IMG/VR virus record: IMGVR_UViG_3300028840_004217
Location: 28,050 to 92,049 of that record
Strand: one strand, 5' to 3'
From: a virus
DNA length: 64,000 nucleotides
In this document: positions 38,148 through 48,210 of the stretch, one piece after another
Layout of the letters: each line of letters opens with the position of its first letter
Position numbering within the stretch: position 1 is the first letter of the stretch
Translations under genes and position numbers: made by a program
Notes under the pieces: model-generated
The model's input: only the letters and a program-made list of their open reading frames with translations
What the model was told of the DNA's origin: nothing
Databases searched by the model: none

Positions 38148-38235
38148 TGTCAGGGCCGCCCTGGTCCTTGACACTCCTTGTGTTTGACACCGGGGTGGCG
38201 GACGCCATGCCGCCCCCCGGTCCGACGTCAGCATA
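38148..38235 (+). ncRNA. Putative anti-RBS small RNA
   Basis: Hairpin, then unpaired ACUCCUUGUGUUU (38173-38185), then a GC-rich hairpin. Confidence 0.6.
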
Positions 38236-38400
38236 AGGAAAAAATGTGGGGAGTGGCTTTCGTCAAGCCACCCAATTTGTTATCTTTGAATTTGAGGCTC
38301 CGGCTTGCAACCGGAGTGCCGACAGGCTGAAGCCCCGGCGCGGTGCCTGATTCACCCGCCGGGCGCGACTCACGGTCCTTGTCAGGAAGGAGCGCCGATC

Positions 38401-38646
38401 ATGCCATCTGCTATTCAATCAGAATTTCCGCAAGATCAATTTATCAAAATTCAAGCACCCTTCGACGGGCCGCTGTTTTACTTCTGTCAAGAAGATATGA
38501 CGCCGCGTTCCGCAGGAGCCGGTCACATACCGTCACATGAACAGGTGCAGTGGTTGATTGACGTTCTGGAGAGGTACCGCGCTACATTCACTGATGCTGA
38601 AATACAGGCTTTCAATGAGGGGCGTGGATATGAGCAAGTCAGATGA
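38401..38646 (+). CDS. Hypothetical protein
   Basis: SD AAGGAG; overlaps the start of the initiator gene. Confidence 0.5.
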   Translation: MPSAIQSEFPQDQFIKIQAPFDGPLFYFCQEDMTPRSAGAGHIPSHEQVQWLIDVLERYRATFTDAEIQAFNEGRGYEQVR

Positions 38647-39286
38647 TGATGCCACAGTTGAACTCAGTGATCATCCGATTTTCAACAGACACACGCAAAT
38701 TCCCAATGAACTGATCGACCATCAAGCCGCGTTGGGTTTGCGAAATCCTGTGTTCATACTTATTATTCATTTGTTACGCTATCGCTATAAGGCTACCCGG
38801 TTGCCCTATCCGTCGATGAATACCCTGCGCAAGAAGATGGGCCTTAAAACGCTCGATTCAATAAAGGACTCGACGCATTGGCTGGAGGAAAAAAAGTATC
38901 TGGTGCGACAATATGATCGAACAAAAAATCGCTATACCTGGGACCTATCCGGTCTGTTTGAAGCCGCATTAAAACTACCGCAATATGAGCCAGATAGGGG
39001 GGGGAGGGAAAAACCACCCCCCCCTGATGATGAGGGGGGTGGGAAAAACCATCCCCTGGGGGTGGGAAAAACTACCCCCCCAGGGGGGGAGAAAAATACC
39101 CCCCCAGTAAGAAAAATAGGTGTTACCAAGAATACGAGTAATGATCTTCATTTATCGTCACCTGAAACAGATAAACAAACTACCCCACCCCTGTCACCAG
39201 AGGAGGAGCTGAAACGCATAGCCAGAATGAAAGCCCACCTGAAAGCCACGCAACCCCAAGAGGAGGAGAAAAACGAATCCTCATAA
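38630..39286 (+). CDS. Replication initiator (winged-HTH, lambda O/DnaD-like)
   Basis: TQIPNELI...YPS..TL...L...YL HTH region followed by internal iteron-like repeats. Confidence 0.75.
   Translation: MSKSDDDATVELSDHPIFNRHTQIPNELIDHQAALGLRNPVFILIIHLLRYRYKATRLPYPSMNTLRKKMGLKTLDSIKDSTHWLEEKKYLVRQYDRTKNRYTWDLSGLFEAALKLPQYEPDRGGREKPPPPDDEGGGKNHPLGVGKTTPPGGEKNTPPVRKIGVTKNTSNDLHLSSPETDKQTTPPLSPEEELKRIARMKAHLKATQPQEEEKNESS
38997..39107. repeat. Iteron-like repeats (probable replication origin)
   Basis: Four G-run-GAAAAA-N-C-run units inside the initiator gene, followed by an AT-rich stretch. Confidence 0.65.
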
Positions 39287-39318
39287 ACCGAACACTCCTG
39301 GGCAGAGGAGTTACATCA

Positions 39319-42300
39319 ATGTTGAGGGACATCATGGCGAACATCATCGTGGTAGTCGGCGTCATAGTCGCCGCCGGATCACTCGTTTTCGGCACGTTCA
39401 TACTGGAGTGGACGTTGCTGCCTATAGGTATCGGCATCCTGATAGGCATGATCATGATTGTGGTCGGCTCCGCATGGGGCGGGCCGATCTACAGTCAGCA
39501 CAACTACCCGCCGTGGCACAGAAAGTAAACGGCGGTATACTTTTCAGGCAGACTATGTGAGAAACGCAAGGAGGTATCGCATGACGCAGGAAATGAGCCG
39601 CTTGATACGGAAAATGTCGCCCAACAAAGGCATGACCAAGAGGCAGAAAGCGGAGCAGGTGCGCATCTCCCTCTGGCGTGGTTTTGAGATGTTCGGAGGG
39701 TATGAAACCTGGGACGACGGTTTCATTATCACGCTCTACGATGATGCCGGTGAATCAATCGGCAGTGTTCAGTCCTCGAAACTCGACGTGGCCCTGGTGC
39801 GCGCACAAGGGCTGTATGACAGGTGGAAGGCGGGACAGACATGACCGGAGAAACCAAACGCCACAACCCCGCCTATGCCTGGCACAAGCAGATCGTCATA
39901 GCCGCCCTGGAGCAGCAGGCACGCCTACCCACACCCGACTACATCGAGCAGTGCATCGACTGTGTGATCACCATGACCGAGCCGCCCTTTAACTACACGA
40001 TGGCGGACATAGAGCGTCTGGTGCCCGCCGTGATCACGGCGGAACACGCCCACTCGGAGAACACCGGGTTCACGGTCCTGTTCCGCACGGAGCGCCGGCA
40101 GCCGTGGCAGCACCCGGTGGGCCGCATGCTCAGGGACGAGCGTGAGCGCGAGGAGGCGAAGCGAAAGGCGAGTGAACCGCGATTCAAGAACCTGTCCGAC
40201 CTGCCGGACGAGCAGGCGGCGGCGGCGATTAAAGAGCTGGCCGACAGCTTCGGCGTCAAGGCAAAGGTGGCCGTCAGCCACGCCCCCACGACAGAACGGG
40301 CGCCCACGGACGCAGAGGTGGAGAAGGCGGACGCCGCACGCCAGAAGATCAAACAGCAGCTTGAACTGCTGACAGGAGGTACACCGTGATACCCCAGGTT
40401 AAAATAATCGGAGCTGCACCGTATAAAATCGTATTCTGCGCACAGGACCTACCGATGGTTATTATCTTTATGACCATGTTTATGCTGATCGTCCTGGCCT
40501 ATGCCCGTCTGCGCGGATTCACATTCGGTATACCGGAGTTCGCGGCAGCACTGGAACGAAGGGAACGTCTTTGTGATCGAGGTACAGAAAAGTCCCGACA
40601 TGTGTCCGGAGTGCGGGCACACCAGAATACTCGTCATGATCGGTGAGTCATACAATTGGGACAGCGCGACGACCTTCATCTGCGCGGACTGTCTCAGACA
40701 CGCCCTCAGGATGCTGGAGGGAAAAGAGGAAAGCAGATGACCATGAATACATTAATAGGCATCACTTTATTCGTGGGTATGATTATCATCGTTGTTCTGA
40801 CACTGTTTCTATCATGCAAGAAACCGGTGGGTAGTCGGGAGGCTGGCAACGTCGAAATTATCGGAACGATGCTGCTGATGTTTTTCGTATTGGTATTCAT
40901 ACCTATGATGTTTGCATTATTTGGAGAATGGCCTGAATAGGAGGCGACATGAGAAACCCCTTTCGTTACCGATTCAAAGTCGTACAGCGCAAGTCCCACA
41001 GTACGTTTGATCCGGTGTGGTGCGTGAAGCGGTCCCGGTTCGGCATCATCTGGTTCCTGCTCAAGAGCACGCATACCGTAGGCGGCGATACATCACGGCC
41101 CCACGACTACCACGATTTCTTTTACCCGCTCAGCAACACCTACCTCTGCGGGCATCAGGTGGAGTGGTCGTCAGAGGGCGGAGCCAAACGGTTCGCCAAA
41201 GAGATGAACGACCACAAATACCTCGGCAGCACCAGCGCCTTCACCCAAGCATCGAATTGAGGAGGACAGATGAATTTCACGCCCATCCCGCCCGACCAAT
41301 ATGAGCAGACGAATGTGCCCGATGCGGCCCTCATCATCGACGCCCACCTGGAGAACAGGCGCGACCCGGTGGCCGACGTACTGCGCATGACCGTGTGGTA
41401 CTATTTCGGGGAGCAACGGCACTGGCTCGGCATGTGTCGTATCTTCGTGGAAACGGAGGACCGGCTGTATACCGCGATCCTGTCCCTGTCATTTACGATG
41501 AACACGATAGAGAACATAGACACCGTGGAGGCGGACCTGGCGCAGTTGCTGGAGGAGATCAGCAACGGCTGCATGTACTACCCGGCTGCCGCGCCGTTCC
41601 GGTTCAAGACGGCCTATGTCCAGCACGGCCGGTTTCATCTGCGGGAAGTGGAGATCATAGAATCAGAAATCGCAATCGAACTGCTCGGAGAGGAGAATGA
41701 CGATGAGTGAGCCCGTGCGTGTCCAGAGGGAACGCGGCAAAGGCAAGAAACTGACTTCGCCCAATGAGTTGCCCGTCAAATACGTGGGCCGTCCCACGCC
41801 CTTCGGCAACCCGTTCAAAGTGGGCAAAGACCTGACGCCCGAACAGGCGGTGTACCAGTACCGCAAGTGGGTGCGCTCGAAGCACCATCAACAGGTGGCC
41901 CTGCGTGAGAAGATACGGACCGAGCTGAAGGGCGTCAATCTTGCTTGCTGGTGCAGTCTGTCCGACCCGTGTCATGCGGACGTACTGCTGGAGATCGCCA
42001 ATGAGCAAGAATGAGAAGTGGATGGTGGACCTCGACTGTAGCGTCAAGAAAATCAAGTGGCCTATAGAGGTGGGCAGTCGTAGCGTGCATGACACGGAAG
42101 CGGAAGCCTACCGTGTCGCCTTGGAGTCGCTGTCCACGCGTGTTGTGGTTCACGAAAGGGCATTGAACAGTCTCAAACAACAACGCATCGACATGATGAA
42201 ACTCATGTTAAACAACGGATGGTGATGATGGCCTACTTGATTCTCGATCAAGCGTTTGAGAATGAGAAGCGGCGAGCGGAGGAGCTGGTGATCGCCAAAG

Positions 42301-43133
42301 CGGATCAGCTGGTCACCTTCAAAGGGGTTAACCCGAAGGCGGAAAGCGACCTGGTGTACGCGATAGGCCGGTGGCGTATGATACTGGAGATCGAGAAGCT
42401 GGCCCGCCGCGTCGATGACCTCTATGACAGGAAAAAGAAGGATGAGAGTTGAATACACCCGCGAACCCAATGCCGGGTGCTACAGTACCGCGTCCGTCAC
42501 GCACTGCTGCGACGACATGAAGGACGCCTGGGACGGCGGCGCGATACACTTCGGATCCGACTTTCCCAACTTCTCGGACTGTGACGTCAACATCTGGAAG
42601 TGGAACTGCTGGCCCGAAGGGGCGGGCCTTGATGAATACCCGATCCGGTTCTGCCCTTTCTGCGCGGAACCCGTCGAGGTCGTCGGCCCGGCCCGTTGTC
42701 CCGACTGCCGGGGTACCGGCAAAGACAAAGGGCCACCCCGCCCCGTGTTCCGGTACAGCGATCGTCCGTGTCCGACGTGCGGCGGATCAGGAAATACGCA
42801 ATAGACCCTTGCAAGACAGCCACCCGTATGTTTATATACCTGTGAGTCCGTTCGTCCGAGAGACGACAGCTATGGCCCCCAAAAAACGGAGCACAGGTCA
42901 TGCCTCAACTACCCACCGAACAGATCAAGGCGCTCGAACGTGTCGCCGCCGCCCGCAAGCGGGGCGATAGAGAAGCGGCCCGCCGTCACGCGAGAAAGGC
43001 GGAGGCCCTCACCAAAGACACGCCCACCAGCAAAGACCTACCGCCCGACATAGACATCGAGAAGATCGAGGCACAGCAACACGAACAGAAAGGAGGCGCG
43101 CATGCTGTGAAACGACGCCGACGGCGGCGGTGA
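39319..43133 (+). CDS. Run of small middle-region hypothetical genes (including 39841-40389, 40949-41260, 41270-41710, 42442-42804, 42900-43133)
   Basis: Consecutive + strand ORFs, several membrane or zinc-finger type. Confidence 0.55.
41697..42014 (+). CDS. DUF4326 protein
   Basis: YVGRPTPFGNPF...LKGVNLACWC...CHADVL. Confidence 0.9.
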   Translation: MTMSEPVRVQRERGKGKKLTSPNELPVKYVGRPTPFGNPFKVGKDLTPEQAVYQYRKWVRSKHHQQVALREKIRTELKGVNLACWCSLSDPCHADVLLEIANEQE

Positions 43134-43200
43134 ACCGCGGTCAGTGGAAGGCGCGATAATTCGGGACCGGGTGTAGGTAGGACCTATCACCGCCGTCGTC

Positions 43201-43430
43201 AGCGTGTACGCCGTGTAGAAGTGTCAGCGTGTACGCCGTGTAGAAATGTAGACGTGTACGCCGTGTAGAAATGTAGACGTGTAGACCGTGCGGAAATGTA
43301 GACGTGTAGACCGTGTAGAAATGTACGCCGTGTGGAATTGTCGAGATGTAGACCGTGTAGAATTGTCGAGATGTAGACCGTGTAGAACAATTCACTCGTA
43401 GACCGTGTAGAAATGTCGAAGTGTAGGCAC
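43201..43430. repeat. Tandem ~25-bp repeat array
   Basis: CCGTGTAGAA core (two copies slightly variant) at 43211, 43236, 43261, 43286, 43311, 43328, 43353, 43378 and 43403. Confidence 0.95.
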
Positions 43431-43459
43431 TTGACAAAATAAACTCTATTTGTTATATT
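43431..43459 (+). promoter_or_regulatory. Sigma70-type promoter abutting the repeat array
   Basis: TTGACA-17-TATATT with extended TG. Confidence 0.85.
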
Positions 43460-43490
43460 GACATGAGGGAGATATGAAAGGGGGAACCTC

Positions 43491-43817
43491 ATGTCGAATC
43501 GCAAACATCTGATCTGTCCCGATTGCGTCGGTGTCGGCACACTGCCGACCGAGGAACGGGCACAGTGTCCGCGCTGCAAAGGTGAAGGTTACGTATCGCC
43601 CGAGATGCGGAGCTGGATCACGCTTGGGTATGCACTTAGGACGGCCCGCACGGACGCGGGTATCAGCGCAGCCGACCTGTCCGTCTATCTCCGCATACCG
43701 CTCAATGACTACCTCGCGCAGGAGCGCGGCATGGCCGCGCCGGAGATCACGGTGCTGGACATTCACGCCGTGGCCCGCATACAGCGACGGCAGACGGCGG
43801 TGAAAGAAACGGCTTGA
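43491..43817 (+). CDS. Zinc-finger plus XRE-HTH protein
   Basis: CPDCVGVG/CPRCKGEG, then LRTARTDAGISAADLS...QERG. Confidence 0.7.
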   Translation: MSNRKHLICPDCVGVGTLPTEERAQCPRCKGEGYVSPEMRSWITLGYALRTARTDAGISAADLSVYLRIPLNDYLAQERGMAAPEITVLDIHAVARIQRRQTAVKETA

Positions 43818-44123
43818 CGCCTCCGCAGACGCCACGTATGTTTTCGGGCATAGCACAACCAACAGCATCTGACCGGGAGGACATCACGATGACCATCAAT
43901 CACGATTACACTGCTTTCTGGTTCTCGGACGCGGACGTGCGCAGCCTGCTCGCTACGGGCAAGGCCGACAGCTCTGCCTGTCCGGAGGGCGTGTGGAAGC
44001 CGTTTCACGTGGAGGTGGGTGAAGCCGCCAAATTCGACAAACGGAAGTTCGCCCTCACCATCACCCAGGAGGACGTCGAGTACCTGCACGTCCACCGCCG
44101 CATCGACGCGAAGGAGATCGCGC

Positions 44124-44810
44124 ATGGCAACCGCAAAAAAGAAGCAACCCTCATCGTCGACGACATCTGCGCAGAAAGAGGCACCCCCCCAGGCTGACAC
44201 GGAGGTGCTGAACATCACGCGGGGCGACGACGGCAGCATCACCGTCGCTATGCCGGACATCAACGACAACCCGCTCGCCCGCTTCCGGTCCCGCATCGTG
44301 GCCACCGGATTCAAGCCCGCCAACCAGTTCACGGCCAACCCCCTGAACTGGCGTGAGCACCCGCCCGAACAGCGACAGGCCATGCAGGAGATACTGGCCA
44401 TGTTCGGCTGGATCGCTGGCGTGATCGAGAACCAGCGCACGGGCAACCTGATCGACGGCCACGAACGGATATGGGACGCACTGGACCAGGACGAGCAGAC
44501 CCTGGTGCCCTTCACGCTCGTCGACGTGAGCGAGGAGGAGGAAAAGCAACTGCTGGTGTTCTTCGACAAGGTGGGCGAGATGATCTACGCCAACCGGGAG
44601 AACCTGCGGCTGCTGATGGGGTCTGTCGGTGAAGAAGTGACCAACGAGAACGACGGCCTGCGCCTCCTGGCCAATATGATACAGCACCAACACCTGGAGA
44701 ACGAAAAAGCCTATGAGCCGCCCGACGAATTCCCGGAACACGACGAAGAAATCGACACGGAGTACTGCTGCCCCAAGTGCGGGTACGAATGGTCCGGCAA
44801 AGCCAGTTGA
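44124..44810 (+). CDS. ParB/Srx-like N-terminal domain protein with C-terminal zinc ribbon
   Basis: NPLNWREH...FGW...NQRTGNLIDGHER; CPKCGYEW. Confidence 0.8.
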   Translation: MATAKKKQPSSSTTSAQKEAPPQADTEVLNITRGDDGSITVAMPDINDNPLARFRSRIVATGFKPANQFTANPLNWREHPPEQRQAMQEILAMFGWIAGVIENQRTGNLIDGHERIWDALDQDEQTLVPFTLVDVSEEEEKQLLVFFDKVGEMIYANRENLRLLMGSVGEEVTNENDGLRLLANMIQHQHLENEKAYEPPDEFPEHDEEIDTEYCCPKCGYEWSGKAS

Positions 44811-46122
44811 CAAGCCCCCCTTCGTCGTGCCCTCTATGTCAGAGATAGAAGCGACGCCGCCCAACGGGTACACCGTCGTCAGCACTTTCAGCGGTGCGGG
44901 CGGCTCCTGTCTCGGCATGCGGATGGCCGGGTTTCGTGTGGCGTGGGCCTCTGAATTCGTGGAGGCGGCCCAAGAGGTGTACCGGATGAACCACCCTATG
45001 ACGCCCCTCGACCACCGCGACATACGGGAGGTCAAGGGCCAGGACATCCTCGACACGCTCGGCATCAAAGTGGGTGAACTCGATCTCCTGGAGGGGTCGC
45101 CCCCCTGCGCCTCCTTCTCGCTGGCCGGCAAGCGTGAGAAGGGGTGGGGCAAGGTGAACGCCTATTCGGACACCAAACAGCGCGTGGACGACCTGTTCCT
45201 GGAGTTCGCCCGCCTGATCAAAGAGATGCAGCCCAAGGTGTTCCTGGCCGAGAACGTGCGGGGCCTCATATCAGGTGTGTCGAAGGGCATGTTCAAGGAG
45301 TTCCTCAAGACGTTCAAAGCACTCGGCTATGACACCAAAGCGTGTCTGCTCAACGCCAAGTGGCTCGGCGTTCCGCAGAACAGGGAGCGCGTGTTCTTCA
45401 TGGGCGTCCGCAACGACCTGAAGGTGCGTCCCGTTTTTCCCAAGCCCCTGCCCTATTACTACACGGTGCGGGAGGCCATACCCTGGATCGTGCGTCACAG
45501 CAAGAGCAAGTCGTCCGGACAGTGGAACACCGACGTGCCGTGCATAGAGCAGGCGCAGATGGTGCCGAGTGATCAGGAGGTCAGTTCGACGCTCCTGCAG
45601 GGCGGCAGCATGAAGGCGGCCCACTTCGCGGAGACCACGAAGGACGCGCCCGACGTGCCGGGCACCCGCCTGGTGATGGACAGCTCGGGCCAGTGGAAAA
45701 CGATAGACTTCACGGACGACGCCTCCCCCTGCGTCCGCGCCAGCGGCGTGGGCCACCTGTTCGTGGTGGAGGATGAATCGGAGATCAAAGAGGGTACGGC
45801 CCTGGCCGGTGAGTGGGACAAACTCGCGCCGGGACAGAAGGGCAAGTTCCTCAACTTCATCAAGGCGCGGCCCGACCTGCCGTGTCCCACGGTGACCGCG
45901 ATGGGCGGACAGCCCGCCGCCAGCGTCGCCCACCCGTACCAGCGTCGCAAATTCTCGATGGCCGAGCTGCGGCGCATCTGTGCTTTCCCTGACGACTTCA
46001 AGCTCACCGGATCCTACTCACAGCAGTGGGAACGCCTCGGACGCGCCGTCCCGCCGGTCATGATGTACCACATAGCCTCTGCCGTGCGCGATGGCGTCCT
46101 GCGGAGGATAGACCGTGGATGA
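44713..46122 (+). CDS. DNA cytosine-C5 methyltransferase fold; predicted carboxymethyltransferase (start uncertain, possibly 44827 or 44836)
   Basis: FSGAGG, GSPPCASFS, ENV, PQNRERVF; motif X reads LGRAVPP instead of GNAV. Confidence 0.9.
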   Translation: MSRPTNSRNTTKKSTRSTAAPSAGTNGPAKPVDKPPFVVPSMSEIEATPPNGYTVVSTFSGAGGSCLGMRMAGFRVAWASEFVEAAQEVYRMNHPMTPLDHRDIREVKGQDILDTLGIKVGELDLLEGSPPCASFSLAGKREKGWGKVNAYSDTKQRVDDLFLEFARLIKEMQPKVFLAENVRGLISGVSKGMFKEFLKTFKALGYDTKACLLNAKWLGVPQNRERVFFMGVRNDLKVRPVFPKPLPYYYTVREAIPWIVRHSKSKSSGQWNTDVPCIEQAQMVPSDQEVSSTLLQGGSMKAAHFAETTKDAPDVPGTRLVMDSSGQWKTIDFTDDASPCVRASGVGHLFVVEDESEIKEGTALAGEWDKLAPGQKGKFLNFIKARPDLPCPTVTAMGGQPAASVAHPYQRRKFSMAELRRICAFPDDFKLTGSYSQQWERLGRAVPPVMMYHIASAVRDGVLRRIDRG

Positions 46123-46954
46123 CGTCGCCGCCCTGTGGCGTGAAAAACTCCTCACCACGATGCAGCCCTACATCGACCTGCCCATCATGCTGTCGGGCGG
46201 CGTGGATTCGGGCACGCTCCTGTGTGCCGCCCTCGAACTCGGCGGCAGGCCACCCTGCTATTCTTTCAAGCTGACCGGACCCGACATACCGGACGTACAG
46301 GTGGCCCGTAAGATGGCCAACGACTTCGACCTTCCTTTTACCCTTATCGTCATACCCCGAAACGAAGAACAGCTCTTAAACGACATCAGAGAGGTCATCT
46401 CGCTGCTCGGCGTGTCCAAGAAGGCCAGCGTCCAGTGCAGCCAGCCCGTCATGTACATGTGCCGCCAGATGAAGGCCGACGGTTTCGACCGGGCCATCGT
46501 CGGGACGGGCGCCGTGTGTCTGGACGACAAGAAGGTGGCGATGCTGTGGGCCAAGGAGGGTGAGGAATCGGCCCGCGCCTACCGCGCGGCCAAGCTGAAT
46601 GACAAGAACACGAACTGCGGCACGGGCAACATGCACCGCATGGGCCGCATCTGCGGCGTCCCGCTCGTGGAACCGTACTCGGAGGAGCCCCTGGTGAGTC
46701 ACGCCCTGGCCCTCGACTATGCGGAGCTGAACAGGCCCAAGCAGAAGGGCATCGCCCTCCGCGCCTTTCCCGACTTCTGGAAACGGGGGTACTACCGTCG
46801 CAACTCGCCCCTCCAGGTGAACAGCGGCGTGCGTGAGTGGCACGACACGCTCCTGAAGTCGCCCGTCAACAACGGACACCAGGCGGTCGTCGCCATCTAC
46901 AACGAGATCCGAAAAGAACTGGAGGCCAAAGGTGAACTGGCCGAACCTCTATGA
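46115..46954 (+). CDS. Asparagine-synthase-like ATP-dependent amide ligase (no glutaminase domain)
   Basis: PP-loop LSGGVDS; K..LR.AF C-terminal motif; 279 aa. Confidence 0.75.
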   Translation: MDDVAALWREKLLTTMQPYIDLPIMLSGGVDSGTLLCAALELGGRPPCYSFKLTGPDIPDVQVARKMANDFDLPFTLIVIPRNEEQLLNDIREVISLLGVSKKASVQCSQPVMYMCRQMKADGFDRAIVGTGAVCLDDKKVAMLWAKEGEESARAYRAAKLNDKNTNCGTGNMHRMGRICGVPLVEPYSEEPLVSHALALDYAELNRPKQKGIALRAFPDFWKRGYYRRNSPLQVNSGVREWHDTLLKSPVNNGHQAVVAIYNEIRKELEAKGELAEPL

Positions 46955-48062
46955 TATGGCCTATCTCGAAGCCGCCGAGCGGGTGTTGCGATCGCAACGG
47001 TACACGCAGGGGGCGGAACAAGCGGCTCTGGAAGCTGAATTCGTCCGGTGGCTCGGCGTGGACGATATGCACGCGGTGGCTGTCACGAACGGGACGGCGG
47101 CGTTGCAGGCCGCGCTGCTGGCCCACGGCATCCTGCCCGGTGATGAGGTGATCGTGCCGGCGCTCACGTTCACCGCCACCGGCCTGGCCGTCAAGCGCGT
47201 CGGTGCCGTACCCGTGTTCGTGGACATCGACCCGCAGACCCTCACCATCGACGTGGACCAACTCAACTATGCGGTGACGCCGCGCACAAAGGCGGTCATA
47301 GCGGTCGACCTGGACGGCCACCCGGCGCACTACGACGCACTGGAACCGTTCTGTGAAGGGCGCGGCCTGTTCCTCCTGGAGGATGCCTGTCCCGCCCACG
47401 GCTCGGTCCTCGACGGCCGCATCTGCGGGACCTTCGGTGACGCCGCCGCCTTCTCTATGAACCAGACCAAGATACACGGCGTGGGTGAGGGCGGCATGGT
47501 CGTGACGCGCCACGCACACCTGGCAGTGCGGGTACGGGCCCTCCGCGACTTCGGAGAAGTGGAGCGGCGCAAGCTGCGGGTGTCCACCCTGATGGGCGAC
47601 AACTGGAAGCTGGATGAGATGGGCGCGGCCATGGCCCGCGTGAGCCTCGCCTTCCTCGAGGAGCGCATCCGGACGTGCGTGGAGAACTGCGGCGTGCTGG
47701 ACGAAGCGATGAACGGGTTGCACTGGATACGACGGCCCCACATCAGGCCGGGTGCGTATGTGGTGCGCCACAAGTACCGCGCCAGAATCAACGGCAAGCG
47801 GGAAGCGATAGAGAATGAGATGACCGTGGCCGGGATACCGGTGACCGTGACGGACGTGCTGCCCCTGCCGCACCATCCGGTTTTCGAGCATGAACAGGCT
47901 GACGTGCCCCAGGCCGACCTCGCCGTGGAGAACACGGTGGTGATCGGATCACGTGAGTCACCACTGTGGGCTGTGTCCCGCGATGCCGTCGCCGTGTGGG
48001 GCGACAAGCTGCGGGGCGTTGAGACGAGGTTGTGGTCAACGATGAAAGGAGCGAACCGTTGA
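46932..48062 (+). CDS. DegT/DnrJ/EryC1/StrS PLP-dependent aminotransferase
   Basis: AVTNGTAAL, GDEVIVPALTF, EDAC, FSMNQTK...GEGG. Confidence 0.92.
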   Translation: MNWPNLYDMAYLEAAERVLRSQRYTQGAEQAALEAEFVRWLGVDDMHAVAVTNGTAALQAALLAHGILPGDEVIVPALTFTATGLAVKRVGAVPVFVDIDPQTLTIDVDQLNYAVTPRTKAVIAVDLDGHPAHYDALEPFCEGRGLFLLEDACPAHGSVLDGRICGTFGDAAAFSMNQTKIHGVGEGGMVVTRHAHLAVRVRALRDFGEVERRKLRVSTLMGDNWKLDEMGAAMARVSLAFLEERIRTCVENCGVLDEAMNGLHWIRRPHIRPGAYVVRHKYRARINGKREAIENEMTVAGIPVTVTDVLPLPHHPVFEHEQADVPQADLAVENTVVIGSRESPLWAVSRDAVAVWGDKLRGVETRLWSTMKGANR

Positions 48063-48210
48063 ACCTGCGTGTACCACATACACGGGGCAGGGTGAACCGC
48101 ACATTTCGCACCCGGTCCTACGCAGGACGCTGGAAATGGGCAAATCGTCAACCTGGGTGCCAGGCATCACGGATGGCCCCGCAGGAGTAGGTAACGAAAG
48201 GAAACATCTC

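Noticed and set aside
38296-38395. tRNA-like element (CTCCGG-CTTGCAA-CCGGAG hairpin)
   Set aside because: No D or T arms and no acceptor stem; at most a structured leader of the replication operon.
43201-43430. CRISPR array, or coding repeat (ORFs 43141-43437 and 43199-43579)
   Set aside because: No unique spacers, period only 25 bp, and no adjacent cas genes; the ORFs are translations of the repeat.
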